This document shows positions 12,535-24,557 of a DNA stretch of 64,000 bases, one piece after another. Origin of the DNA: Squalus acanthias (Eukaryota); the NCBI GenBank assembly GCA_030390025.1, contig JASTWF010000808.1, forward strand, positions 1-64,000, read 5' to 3'. A program made the position numbers and the translations under genes. Each line of letters begins with the position of its first letter. Position 1 is the stretch's first letter. A model generated the notes under the pieces. That model worked only from the letters and a program-made list of their open reading frames with translations, searched no databases and was not told the origin of the DNA.

Positions 12535-12790
12535 GGGGGTCAGAGGAAAGTGAAGGGGAAGAAGGTTCTGGAGGGAGATTGGGAGAATGGGGGTCAGAGG
12601 AAAGTGAAGGGGAAGAAGGTTCCGGAGGGAGATTGGGAGAATGGGGGTCAGAGGAAAGTGAAGGGGAAGAAGGTTCCGGAGGGAGATTGGGAGAATGGGG
12701 GTCAGAGGAAAGTGAAGGGGAAGAAGGTTCCGGAGGGAGATTGGGAGAATGGGGGTCAGAGGAAAGTGAAGGGGAAGAAGGTTCCGGAGG
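12535..12790 (-). repeat. 54-bp tandem repeat (~4.7 copies) in the Penelope 5' coding region
   Basis: Encodes (PPEPSSPSLSSDPHSPNL)n in frame with PCRVFTIPSDLPLS. Confidence 0.9.
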
Positions 12791-12802
12791 GAGTCTGGTC
12801 AT

Positions 12803-15471
12803 CCCCTTTCTAACTACAGAATGAGCAGTGTGGGCAGAAACTGTGGCTGCAGGTCCTCATTGCAGTAGGTGGCAGTCTGCCCCATTGCCTCTTCATGAAG
12901 CGCATTCTCCTAATACACTTCTCCTCAGTAAGGTCCTTGTATGACCTGTGCGCCCTCTAGATTGAATGGGTGGGTGCAATAGCTGGTGAGCTGTATCCTC
13001 CTTAAATTCTGCCTCACTCTCCATTGCCCCATCCCTCCTCCTCCTGCTCCTCCATGATAAACTCATACAAAGAATGCCCACAGGGAATGGCGCTCCTGCT
13101 CGAGAGAATCCCTCACTGTGGGTGGGGAGGGGTCAACACATGCCAGTGATCTCACACCCCGCGGGCAGTCAGAAGCAAGACGCTGGAAATAATCGTTCCA
13201 GAAAGTGGTTTTCAGCTGCAGAAATGGCTGCTCAAACTCTCCACACGCTTCAGGCTCAGAAACTCTCACTTCCCCTGTCTCAGCTGATCCTGGCAACAGC
13301 TGTGCCTTATTCCTCTCAGTCTAACTTACCCTGAGTGCATTTCCAGTGTAACAGCAGGAAATTCAGGGGGCAGTGCCACTAAATGTATTGTTATTTGCTG
13401 GGTGGGGACGACTCTGCGAGTGGATCATAGGAAGGACTAAATTGTGTTTGGAAACTCAGGAGGAATTTTGGGGCACCAAACCAGTGTAAACAGCTTCTTC
13501 CCCTTTTCGCTGGCCAATCAACTGAGTTGTTCCAATTTTAGGCCCAGCAATACCAAAAATGGCACAGAATTTCAGGACCATTGGGATTACAACACACAAG
13601 GAGGCCGCTTGGTCCATTGGAGTACAGGTTCAATGGGCTGAATGGCCTCCTTCAACAGTCACCTCTCCTCATCTTCAAAAGCCTCTTCAAAATCGAACAC
13701 TTCAACCATTCCTTTGGTCACCCCCCCCCCCCCCCCATTACTCTTCTAACTTATCCTCAGTGCCCAATCCCTTGCAAACAACCTTGGAGGTGAATACTCT
13801 CTGAGTTTCTCTCGCTCCCCCGCCACAACTTTGGCCAAAGTTCGGTGATCTAGGCTTGCACCGATGATCCGGTGGTGGAGCAGGAGGAACGCTGAGGAAA
13901 TTCACCCCCTTGAGATGTTTCACTGTGTTAAAGTATGAGTGTCAGCTGGTGGTCTTAATGAGATCAGTGCTTCTGTTCCCTGATGCATCCAATGCGATAA
14001 GAGTGAATTGTGCTGACAATATCAACCTATTTCAGACTGTCACAAATAAATTCTAGTCGACAACTAGTGACACCTCTCTGCTCCACGTCTCATTGGTTAA
14101 TAGTGGAGATGGGGGAGGAGTTATTGTTGAGCAGATCAACAGTTTATTGCTTTGTTCAACCAGTTTATAACATGGTTTGAACCACATCCAGGGACTTTCC
14201 AGTTATCACTTCCTTAAGACTGAACAGTCCCTTCCCAGTACAATGTGCATTGCTGGTTTGGTCATTTAAAGCTGGTTTCACAATCGGTGCAGGAAAGGTG
14301 CCTTTGTTAACCGTTTACAGCCCAGTGTTTATCTTCAGGAGAACTTTTAACCAGGCAGACACTTTGATTCCCTGCAATCCCCCATCCTGATCTCTACCCT
14401 GCGTTCTCTTCAGTGGAAACAGTGAGCCCGATGACCCTTCATGTGGTGGCATTGCTGTCGTTGGATCGATGTGGTGCGGTGTGTTGAGGCTGTGAAACAG
14501 TGTCGATAGCCATGGTTGAAAGGGATAGCCCTTGTCCCCGAGCAGCCATCTTGTCTTTTCTGCCTTCCTGAGGTTGAGTTTGATGAAGTTTCTTCAATTG
14601 TAAGGCAAAGTGCTCAAACTGAGCATTTAGTGAACAGCCACAACACTCTGAAGCCAACAAGCCCAGTTACACTCAGGTGCAGCTGATCTGAGTGACCGCA
14701 GCTCGCGTTCACTAAACATTCTCCAGAAAACCCCGCCAGGGTGTCCCTAACGGGGTGTTTTTTTTAACAGTGGTGTCAGACTGAGAATTACATTCGCTGG
14801 CCCTGATTTATATGGTGTCTGTGTGACCCTCGCCTGCCAGCTGCGGGATCCTCGCCTCACTTGAAAGACGGTTATTATAAAATGCCCCCAGGTGGGAATG
14901 GAGTGGCCTACAATGGACTTGGGGTATTTACATATCAATTAAAGATTCCTGTCTAATGATGCAGCCCTGCCTCAGTACTGCACTGCAGTGTCAGTCTAGA
15001 AACCTCAGTATGTGGATTGGACCTTAGGCACAATCACTGGGGAGGGTTGAGAGGGGTGTGTCACATCCCCACACTACAATTTCTTTTGGCGTGGATTATG
15101 TCCCCTCATCACATCCCAGTTGCTTAATCTTCCCCAAACATTTCATCTGATAAAATTAACAACTGTCCAATTCAAAGCTGAGAATTACAAATTGAGCCAT
15201 CCTGCCACACACTTCACTCCACGTAACAACAGTTCCAAATGTCGTGCTAGTTAATGTTTGAGGGATTCAACACTAAGGATCTAGAATTGGGATTTGGGAT
15301 CTGAAGATTGGGAATGCAATATTCCAATGGGGATTCTACTGATGTCTGAAGACAGTTCTTCAGGCTCTTCGGGATGGACGGAACCATAGGGAACAAGTTC
15401 CGGGAATGATTTATAATCTATTGAAGTATGCGACTAGTCTGAAGGAGGCATGGACAAGGAGACGAGGGCTC
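12803..15471. repeat. Local segmental duplication, copy B (direct part 12803-14429, inverted part ~14925-15471)
   Basis: Direct sequence match to 4213-5630 and reverse-complement match to 5626-6160 + 8236-8255. Confidence 0.9.
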
Positions 15472-15733
15472 TCCATTGGGCTCCTCAAGCAACGGGGGCT
15501 CCTTGCAACATGCTGCAGACAGAGTCCCCCAAATAATATTCGCCTCCTGCGTCCTACACAACATCGCCACCCAGAGAGGATTGGAGCTTCAGGAGGCAGA
15601 TGAGCACGGAGACCCATCCTCCCATCAGGAGCAGGTGAGCGAATGTGACACGGAGGTAGAGGAAGAGCGACCAACAGGTGAGCGTACAGGTAGAGATGTA
15701 AGGGTCCTTCTTATTAAGCAACACTTCCTCTGA
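15440..15733 (+). mobile_element. Harbinger transposase C-terminal remnant
   Basis: IGLLKQR...GGSLQH...IIFASCVLHNIATQRG plus acidic tail. Confidence 0.75.
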
Positions 15734-16779
15734 GCAGCTCAATCCCCGTCCAGTAAACATGAAACCAATGGCCCAAGCAGTCATAGTCCTGATCAACTCA
15801 GTCATCTCTCCCTTAATTCTGCATTCTCTAACACTAAACCATTCAACCAACTTTCACATCAAGGACTTAATGAGAAAAGATACTCAAAGCTGTTCTACAA
15901 ACATTCTAAAGATAAATTGAGGAAGATTTTAATGAAGACTCAGACACAATCTTATCCATCAAATTATAAATCACCCAAGTGTCAATCTATAGTTCCTTTT
16001 TTAAAAGAAGGTTTACTCACTCTGCTACTTCTATGAAGTGTTTCCCTTGTGGCTTCAGCAGAGCTGGTGGTAGGCTGCTGTAGATCATGCTGGGGTCCAT
16101 GAGATACTGGTGACCTCTGGCACTTCAGGGAAAGTGCACCACATAAGAAAGGGGCTGTTTCCCCAGGGTACTTTAGGCACTAAAGAGTCTCCGAGGTGGT
16201 CAAGATGGGGTGTTGAGCTGCAACGCCTGGTTAGCCCGCTTTTAGAGCAAGATGCCATCTTGGTAAAGGAGTTGAAATGCACACTAGGAATGGCCGCCCT
16301 GAGAATGATTAAGGCTCTGATGACCAATTAAATTGGCCCCTAACGCTCATTAAAGAGGCTGCATGCCATTTTGCTGGCTAATGCTGCAATTAACGACCTC
16401 TCCAACAGCGACCATCTGAACAGGAGTACAGAAGTCGTTGGTGAGGATTGCGAGCGCTACTGAAAGCCATGCTCAGGTTTCAGCGTTCACTTGCTGCTGG
16501 AGATCGACTGACTACACTGCATTTGAAGAGGACTTTTGATGCACAGCGGGAGACTTTCTGGGATCCTTTGTTAAGAATTCACCAACTCTCTATCAACATC
16601 TATTCTGGAAATTCTCTGAGGACGTCACCTAAAAAGAGTGAGTGCTGTGCTACTCTACCTTATTGGACACTTATAGGAGTCACCAGGAGAAAGGGAGTGA
16701 TTGGTCATGGGCATCTTGCTAGGGGTTCCCCTTGGTCTGGAGGAGGAATGGAAGGAGGAGTTGAGGCCAGGCAGAGCAG

Positions 16780-19140
16780 CACTGGCTGCTGGAGGAGAGA
16801 GGGACAGGAGAGCCAGGAGGGCTCCAGGTTCGTGGTGACTTGCTGCATGCTCCACAGTCTGGTGATCATGAGAGATCAGCCGATACCACCAGCAATTGTG
16901 CCAGAGGGTCAAGCTCAGGAGCCACAAGAGGAGGAGGAAGAGGATGAGGAGGAAAGGGAAGAGGAGGAAGTTGCGGAGGAGGAGGAAGACGATGGGGACG
17001 GGGTGTGGGGGGGGGGTGTACAGGTAGACATCCCGCACCTGGGAGGGATGCTCCCCGCCATCTAATTGAAGATGGCTTTTGAGAGACGCCCTCCACCATC
17101 AGACTTCGGAGCACTGTTGCCACATGCCTTACCTTCCATGACTGAGGATCCAAGTCCACCATCTGCACTCAATCCTCCCAACACCTTCCCCATGAAGAAC
17201 ACAATAAAAAAGACCACCAATTCCACCACTACCCAATTACCATAATCACTCTTTACCTAGAGCAAAAACAAACAATAAAACCATGACACAATCAACAGCT
17301 CTTACAAATATTAAACTATTCACCCTGGTGCTTACCCTTAGTGGCTATCCTATCAGTGCTCTTGCCTACTCCGGTGCTTCTACCAAGTGCAACCCGAGTG
17401 GCACGCGAGGTGGATGGCTGCTGAGAATCTGAAGAGGGCTGTTCAGATGTCCTCCTGCACCACCCTTGAGAGGCTGTGGGCCGTGATGGCCCCAACTCAG
17501 ACTGCACCATCTCAGCATAGGCTTGAGCAGTCTGGGCAGCCTGGCTGACAAGGACAATGGTGGAGTGGTAGGGGAGGGAGCAGGAATGCTGGAATCCATG
17601 AGAGAGGCCAGTAGGTTCCTGCTCCATGATTCTCACACCACTTTCTCAGGGTGTCTGTTCAGCCAGCCCAGTGATCTGCTGGAAGACAGCTCTCTGGGCA
17701 GCTGAGACTCTCTGCAAGCCCTTTGAAACAGGAGCCCAGATCCACCATGGCAGCTGCCTGAGCTTTCATTGCAGCACTTTGCCGTGCCATGGAAGCAGTG
17801 TGGCATTGCATGGAAGCTGCTATGACTGCAGTGGAAACTCCGACCTTAGTCATCAGCCGCTGCCTGATGTTGGGCTCCACAGGTCCCTGGTTGGAATTTG
17901 CCAGCCTCTCCACACTGGAGAGGATGAGTTCCAGGCTCTGCGTCAAGCCACGGGCCAAGCTGAAGACGGACTCCTCCATCCCCCTAGCCACGACCTGTAA
18001 GCTTTCAGGCAGGCTGTCCATTGCACCAAGCATTTGGTTTGTCAAACTCATCAGCCTTCTTCTGAAGCTTGGCCCTGGGAGGTCCTCATCTGACTCCTCT
18101 ACAGCAGAACTAGTGTGCGACCTTGCCCCCACCCCCCCCCCCCCACCCCCGTAGCGCCTGTGGTGTCTTTTCCACCCAGCATGGCTGCTGCCCACTAGTG
18201 CCCAGTGTGCCTCACTGTGAGGATCCGTGTTCTAACCTAGCTTCTACGTTACATGTGGTACCAGTCTCTGATCTGGTGCCTGCGACAATGGTAGCGATTG
18301 ACACAGTGCCTTTTTCCTCACTCTCCTCCTCTTCCTCTGGAGGGCGAGGTGGCTCTTCCTCTTCTTCCAGTTCCTCTGGGGGGGTGAGGTGGATCTTGCT
18401 CCTGGGAGCCTGCAGTGATAAAGCTAGAAGGGTTAGGGTGCAGCGTGTGTTGCCACTATAGGAGAATGTGTGTGATGAGAACATATGGAGATTGTGAGTG
18501 AGGATAGGTTTGGGGGATTAGGGATCAGGAATATTTGTGGATATGTAAGGAAGCTGGAGTGGCCACATACCTCTAGGCAATATGTCCCCTGCTCTGCCTG
18601 TGGCCACGGCCTCTGCCACTCCCCTCCCAATTACCACCAGCACTCCTCAAGAGGAGTGATCTCATGCAGTTGTGCTTCCCCTCTCCCGGTCAGGTCCTGC
18701 TGGCGCCTGTTATGTGCTACCTTGTCCTGGAAGAGAAAGAGTGGTGATTGTGATTGAGTGTATTGGCAGGTGTGTTTGTGTGTGTGTGATGCCTCACATG
18801 TTTGAAGAGCTGTGAGATGTGCCTGAAGTGTGAGTAGTGCCTGTCAAGGATGCGGTACTGTGGGTTGTGTGAATGTTAGATGGTGGATGAAGTGTGTTGA
18901 GGTTGTGATGCTGGTGGTGGGGCGGTTATTGAGCAGTTTGTTTGTGAGATGGGCTCTTACCTTGATCAGTCGTGTCAAATCATTAATTTTTTTGCGTCAT
19001 TGGAGCTATGTCCTGGGGCATGGCTCCTGGCTGTCACCTCCCGGGTGATCTCCTCCCACATCCATCGCATTAGGTGCTTCTGTGGCCTCCTTGACCCGCA
19101 GGGTCAAGGACATCCCTCCTCCTCTGGACCTCCTCCACCA
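16780..19140. mobile_element. Decayed PIF/Harbinger element: transposase C-terminus (+, ~16780-17065) convergent with a spliced Myb/SANT-like ORF (-, ~19140-17316)
   Basis: FVVTCCMLHSL + acidic tail on +; on - WEEITREVTARS..RT*LQ*RKKINDLTRLIK|gtaag, ag|DKVAHNRRQQDLTGRG..ITPLEE and a long last exon. Confidence 0.75.
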
Positions 19141-19349
19141 GAATTGCAGTTTGCAAAATTTATTGCCCCACAAGCCAGTCACTGGAGGTGAGATGCCTAA
19201 GTCCTGGGTTGGAGGCCACCAGCAGTGTACCTCCTAAATGTACCCTTTTGTTTTTCTCATTTATTTCACGTTATGTTGTCTTATTAATCCATTTAGGTCA
19301 CAATTGCAAATATTGGAAATCTGAAATAAGAACAAGGTTGCTAGAAATA

Positions 19350-20090
19350 AGAGTCTGAATGGAGTAGATGAGCAAAGGAGTTTCGGGGAACAGATATACA
19401 CAAATCATTTAAAGTAGCAACGCAGGTTAACAAAACCATTTAAAAAAATGCATCTAAGCACTGGGGTTAATTTCTAGAGAATAAAATTGAAAAGCAGAGT
19501 AGTTATGTTGAATTGCATAGAATCTTAGTTAGATCATACTTAGAGTACTGTGCACAGTTCTGGTTTCCATATTACAAAAAGAATATGGAGGCATTGGAGA
19601 AGGTGCAAAAATAATTCAAGGATAATACCAGAAATGAGGGGTTAGAACTATAAGGAAAGACAGAACAGGCTGGGGCTCTTTTCTCTAGAAAAGAGAAAGC
19701 TGGAGTGACCTAATAGAGGCCTTTAAAATTATGAATGGGTTTGATAAGGTAGACATAGAGAAAATATTTCCACTTGCATGGTGTCCAAAGCAAGGGACCA
19801 TAAATATAAGATAGTCAGTAATAAATCCAATAAAGAATTCAGGAGAAACTTCTTTATCCAGACAGTGGTGAGAATGTGGAACTTGCTACCACAGGGAGTA
19901 GTTGAGGCACATAACATCAATACATCTAAGAAGAATCTAGATAACGACATGAGGGATAAAGGAATAGAAGGATATGCCGATGGGGTTAGATGAAGAAGGG
20001 TGGGAGGAAGCACGTGTTGACCATAAACACCAGCATGGATCAGTTGGGCCCAATGGCCTGTTGCTGTGCTGTAAATACTACGTTATTCTA
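19350..20090 (+). mobile_element. CR1 LINE 3' fragment, degraded
   Basis: EYCAQFW.., FRRNFFIQTVVRMWNLLP and CR1-type 3' stem-loop. Confidence 0.85.
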
Positions 20091-20427
20091 TGCAGACAGA
20101 AGGTCTTGCGATGCCTATAATGGGAGAGCAACATCTCGGCTGTAGCTCCTTTGTCAGAACGGAGAATTGCCAGGTAAGAGAGCTCTTTATTGGAAAATGA
20201 ATGAAACGCAGGGAGAGAGATAATTGGTAGAATGGACAGGCAGCTTTTTGAAAGCTAGAAAGAGATGAAAACTGCTAAAGATCACCACAGTGAGGCAATT
20301 AAAAACATTAAAAGAAATGGAAAACAGCTGCATAAGGAAAAGAAGAAGAGAAAATACTGGGACACCCAAAAGATTTCTTTATTTCACCCCTCGCTCATTC
20401 ATTTATTTGAATGTAACTATTGAAATC

Positions 20428-20562
20428 AGTTCTGATGACAGGTCATCGACCTGAAACGTTAACTCTGTTTCTCTCTCCACAGATGCTGCCTGACCTGCTG
20501 AGTATTGCCAGCATTTTCTGTTTTTATTTCAGATTTCCAGCACCCGCAGTTTTTGGATTTTG
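20428..20562 (+). mobile_element. Solo Penelope 3'-end derivative carrying a hammerhead-like motif (20428-20464)
   Basis: agtt-CTGATGA-c-AGGTC(atc)GACCT-GAAAC-GTT-aact followed by the same tail as 8129-8220. Confidence 0.75.
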
Positions 20563-21988
20563 ATTCATTTGGGGTGAGATTGGTCCACACCAGTCGCGTG
20601 AAACGGGCTCTTAGTGAATTGGCCGCCCGTTTTACACCGCGCCCCATTCTCTTCTCCAATTAAATGAACAGAAAAGAAAATGGGACGCGGTATAAAACCA
20701 TTCTCTATTGGTCCACACCAGGAGTTTCACGCTCCAATTTCACCCCCAATGTTTGTAACCCGATTAATGAGAGAATGTAAAACTCCTCCTATAGGGGGAG
20801 ACATTGTAAAGCCACTGTGTTTATCACAGGATGAAGTTCAGCTTTGAATACTCTGCGTGAGTTTGGGTTAAACACTTGTCCCGGTAACCGCTGATCTCAG
20901 CCAAGCCGTGCTCTGATTGACTACTGGTGTAATCTGGATTATCTATTCAAGCAGCAATTCAGGGCATTTTCAAGTGAAACCAGTTACTCAAGGGGATTCC
21001 CATTCTGTAATGATCTGGAGGAACTATCAGCTTCCCCAGTCACAAACTGCAGGAACAGACCGCATATTGAGACGCTGCCACAGTGTCTGAGTCTTTGTCA
21101 CACTCTCTGCATTCATTGGGGTACAAATTGGACTTCAGCTGTAGAGCAAAACAGGCAATATTTTATTTCATCCCAGCCTCACTGACTCATTGAGCTCAAT
21201 GGAAAAGAAAATGTGATGGCGTGTAAAACGGGCCGCTGATTCGCTATTGTCCATTTTGCACTACCGGCCAAAACAGATTTCTACATTTTCACTGCCCCAA
21301 ATCTGCTGATTTAAACTTTGTAGTTGATCAGATGGGGCTGATTTAATGGCATTATGCCCACTGCCAATGATGAGAATCAAAGTGACATGTCCATTAATAT
21401 TCATTAACTCATTCTGACCCTCCCAACCCATCACCTGTACAACCAGTGTCAGAAAAACATCAGAATTTCTCAATCGATAATGGTCTGACTCGTTGTTGGA
21501 TGTACTCGGGGTGGAGTGGGTTAGACCGACTCTAGTCATTCATCTCTTGGATTCATATCCAACCTCGACTAATAGGCTGAAGCTTTCTCCTGACTGTTGT
21601 CTGCAATGGTCTATTCAAAGCTAGTGTGAACACTCTCACCCCAACTCTCAGCCTAAAACTGCACTAGTTCAGCGTTAGTGACAATCTCAACTCAAACAGG
21701 TTATAGGGGCCTAGAGTATCATCATAACTACCCATGAATAAGACATTTTCCTGCTAGGACTGCCGATCATAATTTTGGGCACAAATTGCTCGTCATTTCC
21801 CATCAAACTTTAATAGACAATAAAACGTCTGCAATGCACACCCAAATTTCCAATAGAAACTCCCAGTGGGTGAAGCTCATTCTTGGATACCGAAGACAAA
21901 AATCTAGGCCAGGATTCCTGGTGTGTGAAAAAAACATCATACTTGTGAGTCGGGGTAATCTTCTGATTTTAGGCAATGTAGCGCAGCT

Positions 21989-22630
21989 CGACTCTGTATC
22001 TAACCCATGACACTGCAGAGGGAGCTTTACTCTGTATCTAACCCATGACACTGCAGAGGGAGCTTTACTCTGTATCTAACCCATGACACTGCAGAGGGAG
22101 CTTTACTCTGTATCTAACCCATGACACTGCAGAGGGAGCTTTATTCTGTATCTAACCCATGACACTGCAGAGGGAGCTTTATTCTGTATCTAACCCATGA
22201 CACTGCAGAGGGAGCTTTACTCTGCATCTAACCCATGACACTGCAGAGGGAGCTTTATTTTGTATCTAACCCATGACACTGCAGAGGGAGCTTTATTCTG
22301 TATCTAACCCATGACACTGCAGAGGGAGCTTTACTCGGTATCTAACCCGTGCTGTACCTGCCCTGGGAGTGTTTGATGGGACAGTGTAGAGGGAGCTTTA
22401 CTCTATCTAACCCATGCTGTACCTGCCCTGGGAGTGTTTGATGGGACAGTGTAGAGGGAGCTTTACTCTATCTAACCCGTGCTGTACCTGCCCTGGGAGT
22501 GTTTGATGGGACAGTGTAGAGGGAGCTTTACTCTATCTAACCCGTGCTGTACCTGCCCTGGGAGTGTTTGATGGGACAGTATAGAGGGAGCTTTACTCTG
22601 TATCGCACTTGTGCTGTACCTGCCCTGGGA
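21989..22630. repeat. Compound minisatellite: ~9 x 38-bp units, then ~4 x 65-bp units
   Basis: Both units share agagggagctttactct(gt)atctaaccc. Confidence 0.95.
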
Positions 22631-23210
22631 CAGTTTTATGGGGAAGTGTGGAGGGAATCTGATCTTTGGTAGGCCATGTGTGCGACATTAATAGCAGGAG
22701 CTGAGGGTGAGGCAGGGCTGGCAGTAAACAATTACACACTCACCAGAATTTATTGTCAGCACCAAAGGTTGAAGGAAACCTGTGTCTTTCCCTTTGCCTC
22801 TCGGTTTGGCCTGATTTGAGAGGAAGGAGGGATCGGGAAGGGCTGACAACAGAGACACTGTGAGAGTGACCCTTGAGCAAGAGGAGCACAATCCCTAACT
22901 CAAAACTGTGGCATTTTCAAACGCTGTGAGATTGTGATTTTCACTGACCAATTTCAGTGTCTGAGGCACCTGCCCCGCTTGTCTTACCTTATTCCCTGTG
23001 TAGTCAGCATCTTCAGCAGAGGGGAAGGGAGAAAAAGGCACCATAAAGGGGAAAGTTCTGGAGTATTTGACACAGACAGACAGACTTGCATTTATATAGC
23101 GCCTTTCACGACCACTGGATGTCCCAACGCGCTTTACAGCCAATGAAGAAGTGTAGTAACCATTGTAATGTTGAGATTCCACCATTTAGTGTCTGAAATC
23201 GAGTTTGAGA

Positions 23211-23396
23211 ATGGTTGATGAAAAGAAAACAGTTGCCAAGAAGGGCGCCAAAAAAACCATCACTAAAGCGCCAGCGAAGAGTGGTAAGAAGCGCAGAGAG
23301 TCGAGGAAGGAGAGTTACTCAATCTACATCTACAAAGTGATGAAGCAGGTTCACCCGACACCGGCATCTCCTCCAAGGCCATGAGCATCATGAACT
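23211..23396 (+). pseudogene. H2B: Truncated histone H2B pseudogene (N-terminal half, 1-bp frameshift)
   Basis: [15 protein letters not shown]...[32 protein letters not shown], then an abrupt switch to CR1 sequence. Confidence 0.92.
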
Positions 23397-23874
23397 AGAT
23401 TGATTCTTGGGATGAGAGGGCTGTCCAATGAGGAGAGATTGTGTAGAATGGGCCTATACTCTCTGAAGTTTAGAAGAATGAGAGGTGATCTCATTGAAAC
23501 ATACAAGATTCTGAAGGGGATTGACAGGGTAGATGCTGAGAGCTTGTTTCCCCTGGCTGGAGTGTCTAGAACTAGGGGGCATAGTATCATGATAAGGGGT
23601 AGGCTATTTAAGACTGAGATGAGGAGGAATTTCTTCACTCAGAGGGTTGTGAATCTTTGGAATTCTCTACCCCAGAGGGCTGTGAATGTTGAATCTTTGA
23701 GTATCTTCAAGCCTGAGATAGATAGATTTTTGGACTCTAGGGGAATCAAGGGATATGGAGATCGGGCGGGAAAGTGGAGTTGAGGTTGATGATCAGCCAT
23801 GATCTTATTGAATGGCGGAGCAGGCTCGAGGGGCCATATGGCCTACTCCTGCTCCTATTTCTTATGTTCTTATG
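23394..23874 (+). mobile_element. CR1 LINE 3' end joined to the H2B fragment
   Basis: RRMRGDLIETYKI...FFTQRVVNLWNSLP; stem-loop and (ttcttatg)2 tail. Confidence 0.92.
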
Positions 23875-23923
23875 AACTTTATGCCATTACATTTAACCTC
23901 ATGATCGACGGTTCTGGTCAATA

Positions 23924-24023
23924 CTGATGAAACATCATCAACCTGAAACGTTAACTCTGTTTCTCTCTCCACAGATGCTGCCGGACCTGCTGAGTGTTTC
24001 CAGCATTTTCTGTATTTATTTCT
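23924..24023 (+). mobile_element. Solo Penelope 3'-end derivative with degenerate hammerhead-like motif
   Basis: CTGATGA...cctGAAACGTTaact retained, stem II disrupted; same tail as the other copies. Confidence 0.7.
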
Positions 24024-24295
24024 GATGAATACTGTTAAATTAAACAGAATGGATGTGGTGCTTTCCACTCGACCTCTTAGCTGGGAATATGGAATGTTCA
24101 TGGAGGAGAGCAGCAGGCACTGGAGAGAGAGAGTAAAACCATTAACAGAAACTGTTCGGGTCAATACAGATAAACAAATATCTCTTCATATCCAAACATC
24201 TCTACTTAAAAAAGATCTTCATTTCACTGCAATTATTTCTGAAATAAAGCAAGCTCAAGGCTCATTCGTGAAATTCAGAGCAGGCTTGCATTTCA

Positions 24296-24338
24296 CCTGG
24301 AAACAGCTGATGAGGGAGATCTCAGTTTGTGATTGGCT
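24296..24338 (+). promoter_or_regulatory. MHC class II X box / Y box promoter module
   Basis: cctggaaacagctg (X1-like, 24296-24309), a 19-nt spacer, then gtgattggct (Y box, inverted CCAAT), about 150 nt upstream of the ATG. Confidence 0.8.
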
Positions 24339-24490
24339 TATTAACCCTCAGCCTCACGTCAATTACAGAGTGATACTTCTGTAAAGTGAGTGAGATAGAA
24401 ACTTCACTTCAGAGAGAAACTGACAGCAGATTAAGAGGAGCTGGCACTGGGTGAAGACTGATCGCACTTGGGAGACTCGAGAGGATCAGA

Positions 24491-24557
24491 ATGGAAGCTG
24501 GACATTACTTTACTGTGTTCGCGCTGGTTTTAATACACGGAGCTTGGGCTGGGAAAT
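24491..24557 (+). CDS. DAA: MHC II alpha exon 1 (signal peptide)
   Basis: ATG in agaATGG context, 22 codons + 1 nt, followed by gtgagt donor at 24558. Confidence 0.92.

Larger units (their letters stand above)
9935..12790 (-). mobile_element. Penelope-like element (RT ORF 12324-10645, GIY-YIG 10644-10315), TSD gagtctggtcat
   Basis: 559-aa RT frame (KPADKGG, LPKIHK, GVAMGT, RYIDD), then TAG and in-frame YCIRCSRCGLLYIGETKRRLGDRFVEH; 12-bp direct repeat at 9923-9934 and 12791-12802. Confidence 0.95.

Noticed and set aside
3665-19140. Domesticated HARBI1/NAIF1-like host genes
   Set aside because: All transposase and Myb-like pieces have stops or frameshifts and are partial, so they are treated as transposon fossils.
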